DNA of 32,000 nt from Candidatus Saccharimonadota bacterium (lineage in GTDB: Bacteria; Patescibacteriota; Gracilibacteria; BD1-5; UBA2023). The stretch covers positions 30,001 through 62,000 of the forward strand of contig OY970170.1 of assembly GCA_963706795.1 (NCBI GenBank). The letters run 5' to 3'. The position numbers were made by a program, and so were the translations under genes. How positions within the stretch are numbered: the first letter of the stretch is position 1; each line of letters begins with the position of its first letter. This document shows positions 20,693 to 31,845 of the stretch, in pieces. Under the pieces are notes generated by a model. That model did no database searches, was not told where the DNA came from, and was given only the letters and a program-made list of their open reading frames with translations.

Positions 20693-22256
20693 ATGTGGGA
20701 TTTTTGTACTGAGTACTTCAATACACAAGCTGCATGCCGTAAGACTGAATGATCTTGATGTGTGGTGCGTTATCAGACAAGATTTCATTTAGATGATCGA
20801 TCGTGAAATCCAAATTTTTCATTCCTGCAGTTCCAGCCGTAGCAAAGAAATTGAGATAGTTTCGTTCTCTTTCGGAAGCCCGTATTGCCGCTCATTGAAA
20901 GCCATTTGATCCAAAATGAAAGGTCTTGATTCCAGCCATTCCAGCAGCTTCTACGACATTTGTAAAATCACTGAGATCAGATGCTGCAGGGATATTCTCA
21001 TAATCATTATTTGAGAGATCAAGGTCTCGTATGCCTGCTTCCCCTGCTACAGTGACAATTTCTATGAGGTCATCAAAATCAATAATCTCAGCAAGCCAGT
21101 TAAATCCAACATCCAATTTTTTAATACCCGATCTCCCCGCGGTCGAAAAAAATGTAAGGATTTCAGCTAGGCTTGCCTCTCGAAATAGATATGTCATATT
21201 GAGATTTAAACTTTTGATCCCTGAGCGACCAGCAATCTCTACGAGCTTGGTAAAAAATCAGATATCAGCCTGGAATTGCCTTACAAACTCGCCTCGACTC
21301 AGATCAAGATCAACGATTCATGCGAGGCCCACGGCACGTATAATTTTGAGCATGTCTTCTGAGTCCATCGTATAAGACTGTGCGGCAGTCCATGATGATA
21401 GATCTAAATATGATGTCGGGAGAATACTTTCTGCATTAAGCCTCTTAATCTCCTTTAAAAATCTGATGACATCATCAGCTGGCCATGTTTTTAAAAAATG
21501 ACTTCCTACAAAGCTTAAATTAGGCAAACCGAGATCTCGTGCCATACGCAGACGTTCTATCGCCTCATCGCAATTTATGTGTCATCCGTAGAATCTGACT
21601 TTAAAGGTTTTGAGTTTTTTGTTGAGTGTCACAGCCTCAAAATGCTGTTTCACTGTTGCTGCATCTACACGTCTGTTGTAATAGATCTGACAGTGATTTA
21701 CTTCACTCTTCCAAGCATTACGGATACTTGATAAAAACCTCTCTTCGGAAATATCATCATCATGCTGAAACTCATAATCATTCACTTCATCCACAGGTCC
21801 CAAAAAATCCTGATCAGATTCGTATACGAGGCGCGCCAGTCCAAACTCTTGGACAATCTTGAGTGTAAACGTATCTACGTCTTGAGTATCAGATCCAGTA
21901 ACAAGGCTCAGATAAGAATAAAAAGCACTTCACACCAGAGTAAGAACGCCATTATTCCTAAATATCTCACGCTCGAGAATATCGCGTATCGTTCTCTGTG
22001 ATATCAAAAGTCGTTTCCCGTAATTTCGGAAATTATATGTAGTTTGCAGACTCAAATACTCATCAGCAGAGGTTCGAAGTAAGCTAGCTGCTTCCTTTAA
22101 AAACACGAGCTGAGTACCCAACTCTTGGATTTGCTCATCAGGAATCAGACTCAATATCTGTGACACACTCTTCCCTACTCATTTTTGATCAGCAAAAGAA
22201 CCATCGGGTACGATGGGTGATCATGGAACAGGAACGATGTGATTAGTTAGAGGCAT
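20682..22256 (-). CDS. array member 7: N-module/LRR family protein (524 aa)
   Basis: ATG 22254-22256 gives MPLTNHIVPVP[TGA]SPIVPDGSFADQK[TGA]VGKSVSQILSLIPDEQ... Fragments 21930..22166, 21582..21803, 21318..21545 and 20892..21197 are in one frame. I translated the gaps and the tail down to TAA 20682-20684. Confidence 0.87.
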
Positions 22257-23805
22257 ATGTTCAACGTCAGTAACTAAATTGCATATCAGATAACTGCATA
22301 GTCTCGAGCATTTTTTGGTACATTTCTGGAGAAAATGCAGCCTTTAGTTCATCGCGTGTTAAATGAAAACTCTTGATGTCAGAGGCTTTCAACGTAGTAA
22401 AAAAGTTCAGGTAGCCTTGTTCAGTAAAATTGCGAGTGCTTGCATCGATCACAAAACCATTCCATCAAAAATCAAATATCTTAATGCCAGCTTCGCTAAC
22501 AGTTTGTATTAGCTCAATCCACTCCTCAAGATCATCTGCAACCTGAATCTGTGTATAACCATTATATGAGAGGTCTAACTCACGTATACCTGAAGCTCAT
22601 GCAACCCGTGTAAACTCAGTCAGTTGTTTAAAATCCATGATTCCAGCGAGATATGTTTCAGCGAGATTGAGACTTTTAATACCACTAAATCCAGCAACTC
22701 TAACGAAGTTGAGTGCATCATCAAAACTAGCACCGCGGAATATGTCTGCATTCGCTAAATCGAGCACTCTTACTCCGGAGAGACCAGCAACTCTTGCGAG
22801 TTCGATATAAAATCAAACATCGACACGCAACTTTTTTTGAAAAAGATTATGCCCAAAATCTATACGACGAATTCACATCCGACCAGCAATTGCGACAATC
22901 TTTAGAATGGATTCTGGCCTCATTGCGTATGCTTTTGCACCCCAAGATGATAGGTCTAAAGCTGAATTATGCATCTGATTTGATATGCCGAGGGAATCCA
23001 ACTCAAGCAACAGTTTTAGTAAGTCTTCCTCTTGATATTCTTGTAGAAAATCATTATATAAAAATTCTATGTGTGGCATACCAAGATCAGCGGCTGTATG
23101 CAGGAGTCTAATAAGTGAATCACAATCTAATGTCGGATTCGTAGAGATATAGAGCCGTTTGAGTCATGCAAGTTTTGCTGCAGCTGTGATCTGCCTCTCT
23201 ATGTCTTCTACACTCACCGGAATACGGTATGTAAAAGATAGGCCATCGATATTGTCTCTATTAGCTTTACGGATTTCTGAAAGAAAAATCTCATGATCCT
23301 CTGGAATCTGAAGAATGAGTCGCTCTATTTTTAGTGGCTGATTCTTAGCATCCGAATCACGCATACTTTCGTATACCAAACGATCCAGTCCAAAATCCCT
23401 CATAATCTTGATTTTAAACTTTGACGTATTTGCTATGTCTGAATCTGTCGCAATATTCCAATAGCTATAAAAGGCTTCTCCTACAGAGGTAAGACCATCG
23501 GCATTTACAAGGATTTCTCGCTCGAGAATATCGATCATTGCAGAATCAGAGAGCTCGAGACGATCTCTATAATTTTGGAAGTTGTAATCACCTTGAGCAA
23601 GCATAAATTCTTCTACAGATTTACGTAGTTGAACTGTGGCGGTCTGCAAGAGACTGAGTTTAGAGTTCAGCTCTTGGTGCACTTCTTGGGGAATGAGGCT
23701 CAATATTTGAGCTACGCTCTTCCCTACTCATTTTTGATCAGCAAAAGAACCATCGGGTATGATGGGTGACTGTGGACTCTGGGCGAGATGATTATTTAGT
23801 GACAT
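22243..23805 (-). CDS. array member 6: N-module/LRR family protein (520 aa)
   Basis: ATG 23803-23805 gives MSLNNHLAQSPQSPIIPDGSFADQK[TGA]VGKSVAQILSLIPQE...IMRDFGLDRLVYE. Fragments 23164..23703, 22873..23079 and 22267..22452 are in one frame. I translated 22453-22872 (ARVAGLSGVRVLDLAN, VRVAGFSGIKSLNLAE, TRVA[TGA]ASGIRELDLSYN). Stop is TAA 22243-22245. Confidence 0.87.
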
Positions 23806-23808
23806 ATT

Positions 23809-25431
23809 CTAGTATGTAAGCTCTATATTATAGCGCTCTTGTGCGGTATGAATTTCTGGTGCAAGATGGAGGAATCTCTTCTCAGTAAAGCCTTCATATA
23901 TATTTAAGTAGCGAATTCCAGCATTTCATGCAACCTCAATAAGGCGCAGTATTGAAATATCATCTAATTTCGCCAGGATTCAGGTATTATACGACAAATT
24001 AAGATGCACAATCCCTGAAGCTCCTGCAGCCTTTAAAAAGGCGAGGAGGGCTTCTCAAAAGAGGATATTTCAGAGTTTATTTTCCTCAAGACTTAGGCTT
24101 TTAAGATTGGCTTTTGGTTTTAAGGTTACGAGTTCAATGAGTCAGACAAGATCAAAATTCTGCCCAGCAGAGGTGGATATTTTAAGGTATTGCAGACCAT
24201 TTTGCACTGCTCTATGTGTAAAAAGTATCAAGTCGTCGTACGATACACGACGTGCTGGCATACATATCGCAATCCCTTTGAGTCGAGACGATCCTACTAA
24301 ATCTGCTATCTCATTAAATGCCTGAGAAGTAAGCTGATATGCAAAATCCCTATCATTAATATCTAAGTTCGGTACGTCAGATGCGGTTACCGCAGTAACT
24401 AACTCCACGAGTTCCTCAGACTCTAGATGAAACTTCGGATTTCCCACAAAAGTAAGTCATTCTACTTTTGATGCAGTTATAGCATTCACAACTGTAATAA
24501 TTTGATCCACAGAAGAGCCACCTTCTATAAAGAGAGGCACGTTGAGATTTCGTAAACCAGCCTCACGAGCAGTGCTAAACAGTTCTTGATATGTCCTCTT
24601 AAATTTAGCCCCATCAATTCAACGAAATCAAAAATGCTGATTTACCTGTCTAGGCAGGGCAATATTCTCCACGCCGGACTCACCAATGGCCTTCACAAGC
24701 TCCAAGATCATGGTGCTATCGAGATATTGTATGAGTTTAAATGCCGAAAGATCGAGATGTTTCACTCATGCTTTACCTAGGAGCGCAAGAGATTGCATAC
24801 ACGCAACAAATACTGCCTGTACATGTTCGGAGTCTTTCGCACCACCTGAAAGAACGAGTATTTTTCTGACATTTTCTTTCAGACCTACTCTTAGAGATGC
24901 AACGCCATTTAATGCCTGTAATGCTTCATTGAATTGCTCAGCATTACTAAAATCGATGTTTCCCCATCAGAGAAATAACGATTCGACTCACCGCTCACAC
25001 ATGAGCTCAAAAAATCAAAACTCTCGCAAGAGTTTGATACGCATCTCTGTATGAAACTTGGCGTCATTTTGGTCTACTAGGTAGTCAAGATATGCATCAA
25101 GATTTTTAGCAGCTTCAGTCGGTATTCAATTTTTGTGGAGGATTTCATTATCAATCAGCTCCAAAATTCGCTCATCTGACATAACAAGTCTTCTCTGATA
25201 TTCAGCAAAAGGACATCGCACTTCTGATTTTCTAAATCATTCGACCGATTCCTTGAGTTTATTCGCAAGCATTTCGCCCTTTTCGAGTGCTGTTAAAAAT
25301 CACGCCTTGCCCTCACTAGGCAAAAGCTCGAGAATCCCATTTACATTTCGACTGATTTTTTGGTCAGCAAAACTATATCCTGAAAGTGCAGGAGTATTTT
25401 GGTCGGGTGCGGTGTGGTTGAGGCCTGGCAT
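23809..25431 (-). CDS. array member 5: divergent N-module/LRR family protein (540 aa, about 15 in-frame TGA)
   Basis: ATG 25429-25431 gives MPGLNHTAPDQNTPALSGYSFADQKISRNVNGILELLPSE... All 541 codons were translated by hand without TAA or TAG. The standard-code track shows only one fragment over 60 aa (24142..24447). Motifs: LGKA[TGA]VKHLDLS, AREAGLRNLNV, LKAAGASGIVHLNLSYN, IEVA[TGA]NAGIRYLNI. Stop is TAG 23809-23811. Confidence 0.85.
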
Positions 25432-25435
25432 TGCT

Positions 25436-27004
25436 TTAAATAAGAAGACGGAGATTGAATTTTTCGGCGATTACCCTTATCTCAGGCAAAAGGTGATTGA
25501 ATCGGCCAGCGAGATTACCGCCAGAGAAGTCCAAAAATCATATTCCAGCAATTCCAGCAGTATTTAAAAACTCAAGTAATGAGTGATCGTGTAACAAATC
25601 TCCAATATATCCGTGATTAAATTTAAGACTTCTCACTCCTGACTTCCCTGCTAATTGAATAAAACCCATTAAGCCAGCCATATCTTCTGTGAGATAAATA
25701 AAACTGAGGTCTATATTTTTTAGTCACACAGATCCTCCATCCTTAAAGAGATCCATCCAATCCGCTATTTCAAAACCGGTAGATATTAGACTCTCAGGTA
25801 ATTTGATATCTCGCACTCAATTTTTACTAGCAATATTGGCAAATTCGATGAGATCTGGATATGTAATGTGTGAATACGTATTCAGAAATATATTGAGATT
25901 GAGCGAGGTGTGACCCGAAGCACCTACTGCTCTCACAAACTCAGCAAAATCCTGCGTCGAAGTGGTAGCTGCAAAATGATAATCACTCATCTTTATTTTG
26001 TTTCTGAGACCAGATGTAGCAGCAGTGTTTAGGAGAGTTATTGCCTCTGTAATAGTATATTCTCGGTGTGTCCCGTCAGCCATATTATCTCCGAAGGTTA
26101 TACTCTGTAATCATGATGCACCCGCAGTACGAAGGAGTTGTTGGATATGCACAATGGGCGTATCTCGTTTAACGAGTGAGTTCTCAGTGAGAATGAGCTC
26201 ACGAATACCAGCTTTCCCAGCTGCTTCTACAAACTCTAAAAGCTCTTCAAATTCTCAAAAACTATCCTGTAAGTCATTCGATGACAAATCAAGCACTGTA
26301 ATCCCAGATGCCCCAATTACTTTTACGATCTGTATCCATTCTTTGGGAGTATATGAAAAGCATTTTAAGAGGGCAAGAGCCTCAACATTTGAATGCTTTA
26401 AAACACCAATAATCTTCATAAGATATGGAGCATCCATGCCATCTTCAACAGCAATGGTTGGCATCATTGCATCAGTAAGTTGCCCGATTACAGACATGAA
26501 TTGCTCCATGTATTCAAACTGTACTTCAATGCTCTTTTTTGGAGCAAAAGAGGGATAATACTCACTCTCAAAAACCAGATCCTCGAGCCTAAACTCAGTC
26601 ATGATCTTTTGCTTCATATTTTCATAAAAGCCTGTATCATCCTTGCTCACAATGCTTGATATGTAAGCCTCGAGAGCTTCTCAAAGGTCTGTTTGAATAC
26701 CATTCTTATGGAGGATATTCTCATGAAGTATCTTTTGGACTGCAGACACATTCAAGACAGTCAGTCTTTCGCTGTAGCCAGAGAAATTATAACTTCTTTG
26801 AGTTTCTTTGACCTTGAGAATCTCTTCAGTGAGCCTAGAGGCAAGCCCTTTGATATGCTCGAGGGATGAAGCAATTTCTGCATGGTGATTCTCTGGAATG
26901 AGCTCGAGAATCCTATGAACGCTTTCGTTCATTTTGTGATCAGCAAAATATCCCTGATCTTTAGGATTCAATGAGTCGAGAGCGGAATTATTAATCGAGG
27001 ACAT
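25436..27004 (-). CDS. array member 4: N-module/LRR family protein (522 aa), close paralog of member 3
   Basis: MSSINNSALDSLNPKDQGYFADHKMNESVHRILELIPEN... Fragments 26681..27004, 26255..26650 and 25817..26083 are in one frame. I translated the gaps and the 127-codon tail (...IQLAGKSGVRSLKF...NTAGIAGI[TGA]FLDFS...RFNHLLPEIRVIAEKFNLRLLI). Stop is TAA 25436-25438. Confidence 0.87.
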
Positions 27005-27027
27005 TAGTCGGTCATAAGAATTTGGAG

Positions 27028-28572
27028 ATTATATTTCTCCGTAATTGCTTGTATTTCTCACAAAAGATGATTGAATCGATCCGAAAGATGACTATCAGAA
27101 AGATCTAAAAATCATATTCCGGAAGCTCCCGATGCAGTTAAAAATTCCAGGAATGAATCATCATCTAGCAAATCTCCAATACTTCTATTGCCAAATGTAA
27201 GACTTCTCACTCCTGACTTACCGGCTAATTGCACAAATCGTATTAAATCATTGCTATTTCCGAAGAGATGAATCGAGCCCAGGTATATGTTTCTTAAGGA
27301 TGTAGAGCCGTGTTCAAATGGTTTTATTAACTCTGCTATTTCAAAGCCAATAGATGCTAACATCACTGGTAATGTAATATCTCGCACTCCATTCTTACCA
27401 GCAATGTACATGAATTGGATAATGTCTTTGTATGATATTTCTTGGTATTTGCCGAGAAATATATTGAAATTAAGTGAAGTGAGACCCGAACTACCGACCA
27501 CCCTGACAAACTCGGCAAAATCCTGATGCGAAGTTGTGGCGGCAAAATGATAATCATCTAATCTGATTTCATTTCTGAGACCAGATTCAGCTACTACCTT
27601 TATCGTGTCTATAGCATCCAGATGAGTAAATACTGGCCTAAGATGATGATCAATAAAGTGCAAAAAATCTATCTTTTGAAGTCCTGCTTCACCTGCAGTA
27701 CGAAAGAGTTGTTGAATATTTTCGAGAGGAGTATCATTTGTGATCAATCAGTTCTCATTAAGGATGAGCTCGCGAATACCGGCTTTTCCAGCCTCTCTTA
27801 CAAATTCTAAAAGCTCTTCGAATTCTCAAAAGCTCTTCTGCAAAGCATTTGATGATACATCAAAAATTTTGATCCCTGCTGCACCGACTGCTTTTACGAT
27901 TTGGATCCATTCTTGAGGAGTATACGAAAAACATTTTATGAGGGCGAGCGCCTCAACATTCGAATACCTTAGAACACCAATAATCTCCGCGAGGTATTCA
28001 GCATCCATGCCATCTTCAACAGCAATGGTTGGCATCATTTCATCAGTAAGTGATCCAATTTTAGTAGTGAATTGCTCCATATATTGAAATGGTACCTCAA
28101 TCCGCTTTTTTCGAGCAAAAGATGGATAATACTCGCCCTCAAAAACTAGGTCCTCAAGTGCAAATTCAGTCATAATCTTCTGGCGCATATTTTCGTAGAA
28201 TCCTGCATCATCTTTGCTCGCAATGCTTGATACATAGTTTTCAAAAGCTTCTCAGAGTGGGGTTTGAATACCATCCTGGCAAAGGATTTTTGTATCGAGC
28301 GTCTTTCGAATTTCATCTACGCTTAAAAGAGTCAGTTTCTCACTATAGTCCAAAAAGTTATAGTACTTTTTGGTCATTTTGACTTTGAGGATTTCCTCTT
28401 TGAGTCGAGCACCAAGTACTTGATTGTGCTCAACAGATGTTACAACATCAGCAATACCAGACTGCGGAATGAGCTCGAGAATTCTATGAACACTTTCATT
28501 CATTTTTGGATCAGCAAAATACCCCTGATCTTTAGGATCTGATGAGTCAAGAGCGAGATGATTGAGCGACAT
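27028..28572 (-). CDS. array member 3: N-module/LRR family protein (514 aa)
   Basis: MSLNHLALDSSDPKDQGYFADPKMNESVHRILELIPQS... Fragments 28252..28572, 27826..28188 and 27112..27747 are in one frame and I translated the gaps (FVREAGKAGIRELILNEN[TGA]LITND). The tail ...TASGASGI[TGA]FLDLSDSHLSDRFNHLLVRNTSNYGEI ends at TAA 27028-27030. Confidence 0.88.
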
Positions 28573-28596
28573 AATTTATTGAGAACAAATAATTAT

Positions 28597-30150
28597 TTAT
28601 GAGTTATTGCTCACACTTGCAGCAATCGTCACATTGCTAGACCGAAGGATTTCACGGAAACTGTCTATGTCTCATTGAGAGTAGCACGCAGCGAGTCACG
28701 GTAGCAGGACTCACTCTCCTGACATATCTAAGTACTTCAGCCCATTTTCACCCGCGACAATGACGAGTGAGGAAAAAGCCGGCAAGGAAAAAATATCGTG
28801 CATACCATTCCATGCAAAACTTAATCTCTTGATGCCTGCACAACCAACAGACCTCACAATATCAATAAAATGCTCCATTTCTTGGGTATAATCATTATCA
28901 TATCCACTCGAATTCACACTCAAATCCCTGATCCCAGATTCTCAGGCAATTTCTATAAATCGCTTAAATCCATCAAATCCAAGCACAGACGAGAGTGATT
29001 CGCTATTAAAAACAAAACGCTTAATGCCAGATGTGCCTGCTGTTTTGACCATCAAAAAGAGATCGTCTGGAGTCAGATGAGCATTCACCATCTCAGTGGA
29101 TGAGAGATTAAAATCGGTAATACCGGAGTTACCTGCAACACGAACGAGCTCTATGAATTGATTAAAATTCATAATGTCCTCAAAAGAGTTAGAAGACATA
29201 TCCAGACGCTTCATGCCCGCATGTCAGTATGCGCGGACTATATCAAATATTTGTTCCGCATTAAATCGGCAACTCAATCAAACTCAGAAGTTCGATGCAA
29301 AACTCAATTGTTGCATGCCGAGCTCGTCTGCTATACGTATATAGTCATAAACCTCCTCCAAAGTCCATTCCGCGAGCGGATACATCGATCAATCTATTGA
29401 TGGTATACCATATTCTTTTGCTGCGTGCATAAGCATTACAGCTTGTTGGTAAGTGAATCTATCTCTTCATACGACCCGAACACGTTTCGGCAGATACGGA
29501 CCTTTGCTCAGTAATTCTAAATGTGCCTTTATTTGCTCAAAATGTACCGTGGGCCTTGAAGAGTAGGAAAGACTCACAAAATCATGCGGGGAAGTTGTCT
29601 GCTCTCGTATCTTTGACGCCATCGCGTCATCGCTGTCTTTTGCGGTCATCCTGATACTCACATCCGAAGGCAATACGTAGATATCTTCAGAATTTGCCAG
29701 AGTCGCGTTACTCGGTCTCTCATATACCGCGTCCAAGAGCTTAAATTCTCGGATCACTTTGCGTATCATGCCTAGCGCAATCTCGCCTCAGTCTATTTGT
29801 AAACATTGTATATATTCACGGAATGCATTTCATACAGGAGTTTCAACACCTCGAGTATTGAGAATTTCCTGATTAAGCAGATCCATAATCTCTTCCTCTG
29901 AGAGTAAAAGTCGCTCTGGATAATCACGGAAGTCATACGAAGACTGCTCGAGCTTGAGCGCATCTACGGCACTCTGTAATCGAGCGGTTATCTCATGCAG
30001 TTGCTCAAATTGAGCACTGAGCACACTACTCTCCTCGACTGGAATAAGCTCAAGAATCTGGTGAACATTCGCACTAATTTTTGGATCAGTAAAATACCCC
30101 TGATCTTTAGGATTTGATGAGCCGAGTACGGAGTGGTTGAGACCTGGCAT
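28597..30150 (-). CDS. array member 2: N-module/LRR family protein (517 aa)
   Basis: ATG 30148-30150 gives MPGLNHSVLGSSNPKDQGYFTDPKISANVHQILELIPVE... Fragments 29830..30150, 29467..29769, 28942..29214 and 28711..28923 are in one frame. I translated all gaps and found TGA only; RAY[TGA]HAGMKRLDMSSN is present. Stop is TAA 28597-28599. Confidence 0.88.
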
Positions 30151-31721
30151 TAGTCTATACTAAGATACATATTGAATTTTTGCGAAATTTCGGCGATTTT
30201 GTCAGAGAGACCTTCAAAGAGTTGACCGAAACCGTTATCTTCAAGATTCAAATGTCTTATTCATGCACTTCCGGCCGCGATTAGAAATTCGAGGAATGAG
30301 TAGTGATCGAATAGACCATCAAGTGCATTATCCGAGAGGTTCAGACTTCGAATCCCTGATGTACCTGCGAGTTGTACAAATTTTATCAAATGGACTGCAT
30401 CAAAATGAGTACTAAGACCATTTCATGAAAGATTTAGGCTTTTGAGCGAACAGGAAGACTCGAACTCTATAAGGTTCATAAAATCTTCGCGATCAAAAAG
30501 GTATTCTAATTCACCAGACGAAAAATTGAGATCTCGGACACCATTGTTTGCCGCAGTATGTGCGAATGCGATAAATTTTTTGCTGGATAGTAATTCGTAA
30601 ACACTGCTTTCTCTCCCCATATACAACGAGGTTATACCCGAGATGCCACTGAGTCGTGCAAGCTCGATAAATTCTTGATCTGACAGCACAGATGTTAGAT
30701 CATAACTCATAATATACGGCCACCTGAGACCTGATTCGCCCGCAGTTCTGACAATCGAAAGAACCTCCGAAGCACTATATTCTCGAGCATCATCACCCAC
30801 TCCATCACTGATATTTAAACAGAGAAGTCCGGAATTACCTGCAACACGCAATAGTTCATGGATTTTTTCGATGGGTAGCCTTATTTTAATGAGCCGATTA
30901 TAATCCAGATTTAATTGGCGAATACCTGAAGTCCCCGCTACTCGAACCAGCTCGATCAGATCATCAAAGTCTCAAAAACTCTTATCTAGATCATTATTCG
31001 AGATCTCGAGAGTATGCATTCCTGACTCACCAACGACCTGTACAATCGTAATCCATTCCTGAGCACGAAAAGAGAGATTACCTGGCATAGTGATCGACAA
31101 AGCAGAGCAATTTACATCTTTTAAAAGCGAAATAGTCTCCACGAGACGGTTCAATCCGAATGTGTTTTCAAATGTAAAACTGAGTGCGACTTCATGTGCT
31201 ATCTCTTGCAAGAAGGTTTCAGAATCAGCAATATTCTCAAGCTGTATATTCACTGGCTCATCCGAAGGCATATTCAGATAATCTTCACCCTCAAAAACCA
31301 AATCCTCGAGAGCAAACTCAGTCATAATCTTTTGTCTCATGCTCTGTCGAAGCCCTCAATTATCATGAGCAAGAATAGTATTTACGTAGGCCTCTAAAGC
31401 CTCTCAGAGCGGAGTTTGCATGCCGTCTTTTCGCAAAATACGCGTCTCGAGCATATTTTGTACCTCACTAGAACTCAGAAGTGCGAGACGTTCACTATAG
31501 TCAGAGAAATTATAGTGAGCCTGGGATTTTTTAAGTTCAATCACTTCTTGCCTGACTTTGTCTGCAAAAGACTCCAAAGTTTGAAGTGACGAAGAAATGC
31601 CAGCAACATTGGATGATGGAATCAGGTTAAGGATACGACTGATATTTTCTTGGACCCTTGAGTCAGCAAAGTTCCCGACTGCGGGCTCTATGGATTCGGG
31701 GGTAAGATTATTAAGCGCCAT
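30150..31721 (-). CDS. array member 1: N-module/LRR family protein (523 aa)
   Basis: ATG 31719-31721 gives MALNNLTPESIEPAVGNFADSRVQENISRILNLIPSS... Fragments 31404..31721, 30972..31340 and 30423..30851 are in one frame. I translated the gaps and the 91-codon tail (VQLAGTSGIRSLNLSDN, IAAGSA[TGA]IRHLNLEDN) down to TAA 30150-30152, which shares one nucleotide with the ATG of member 2. Confidence 0.88.
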
Positions 31722-31724
31722 ATG

Positions 31725-31838
31725 CTAAAAGATGAATTGCATGCCGTAAGATTGTGCGATTGTTTTTATATCGGAGAAATACCCTGTGGATTGGGTGTTA
31801 TTTTGGGGAGAAGGTGCGAAAGAAGAGAGACGAGACAT
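31725..31838 (-). pseudogene. collapsed 37-codon mini-member of the array (family N-terminus fused to family C-terminal tail)
   Basis: ATG 31836-31838 gives MSRLSSFAPSPQNNTQSTGYFSDIKTIAQSYGMQFIF, ending at TAG 31725-31727. The stretch QSTGYFSDIK resembles DQGYFADPK of members 2-4. IAQSYGMQFIF resembles the tail IIQSYGMQLVY of member 7. Confidence 0.4.
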
Positions 31839-31845
31839 CTAGTCT

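Noticed and set aside
20693-20788. Upstream extension of member 8 given in the track (MKSCLITHHTSRSFSLTACSLCIEVLSTKIPH...).
   Set aside because: It has no similarity to any sibling N-terminus, and it lies entirely inside the coding tail of member 7 in another frame. The internal ATG at 20692 gives the family-typical MSLNNQ... start.
25998-26558. Long plus-strand ORF (186 aa). Similar antisense ORFs occur at 24686..25054, 21031..21375, 16008..16328, 9802..10122 and 6483..6884.
   Set aside because: These are shadow ORFs antisense to well-supported minus-strand genes. They have low-complexity S/R/I-rich composition and no recognisable motifs.
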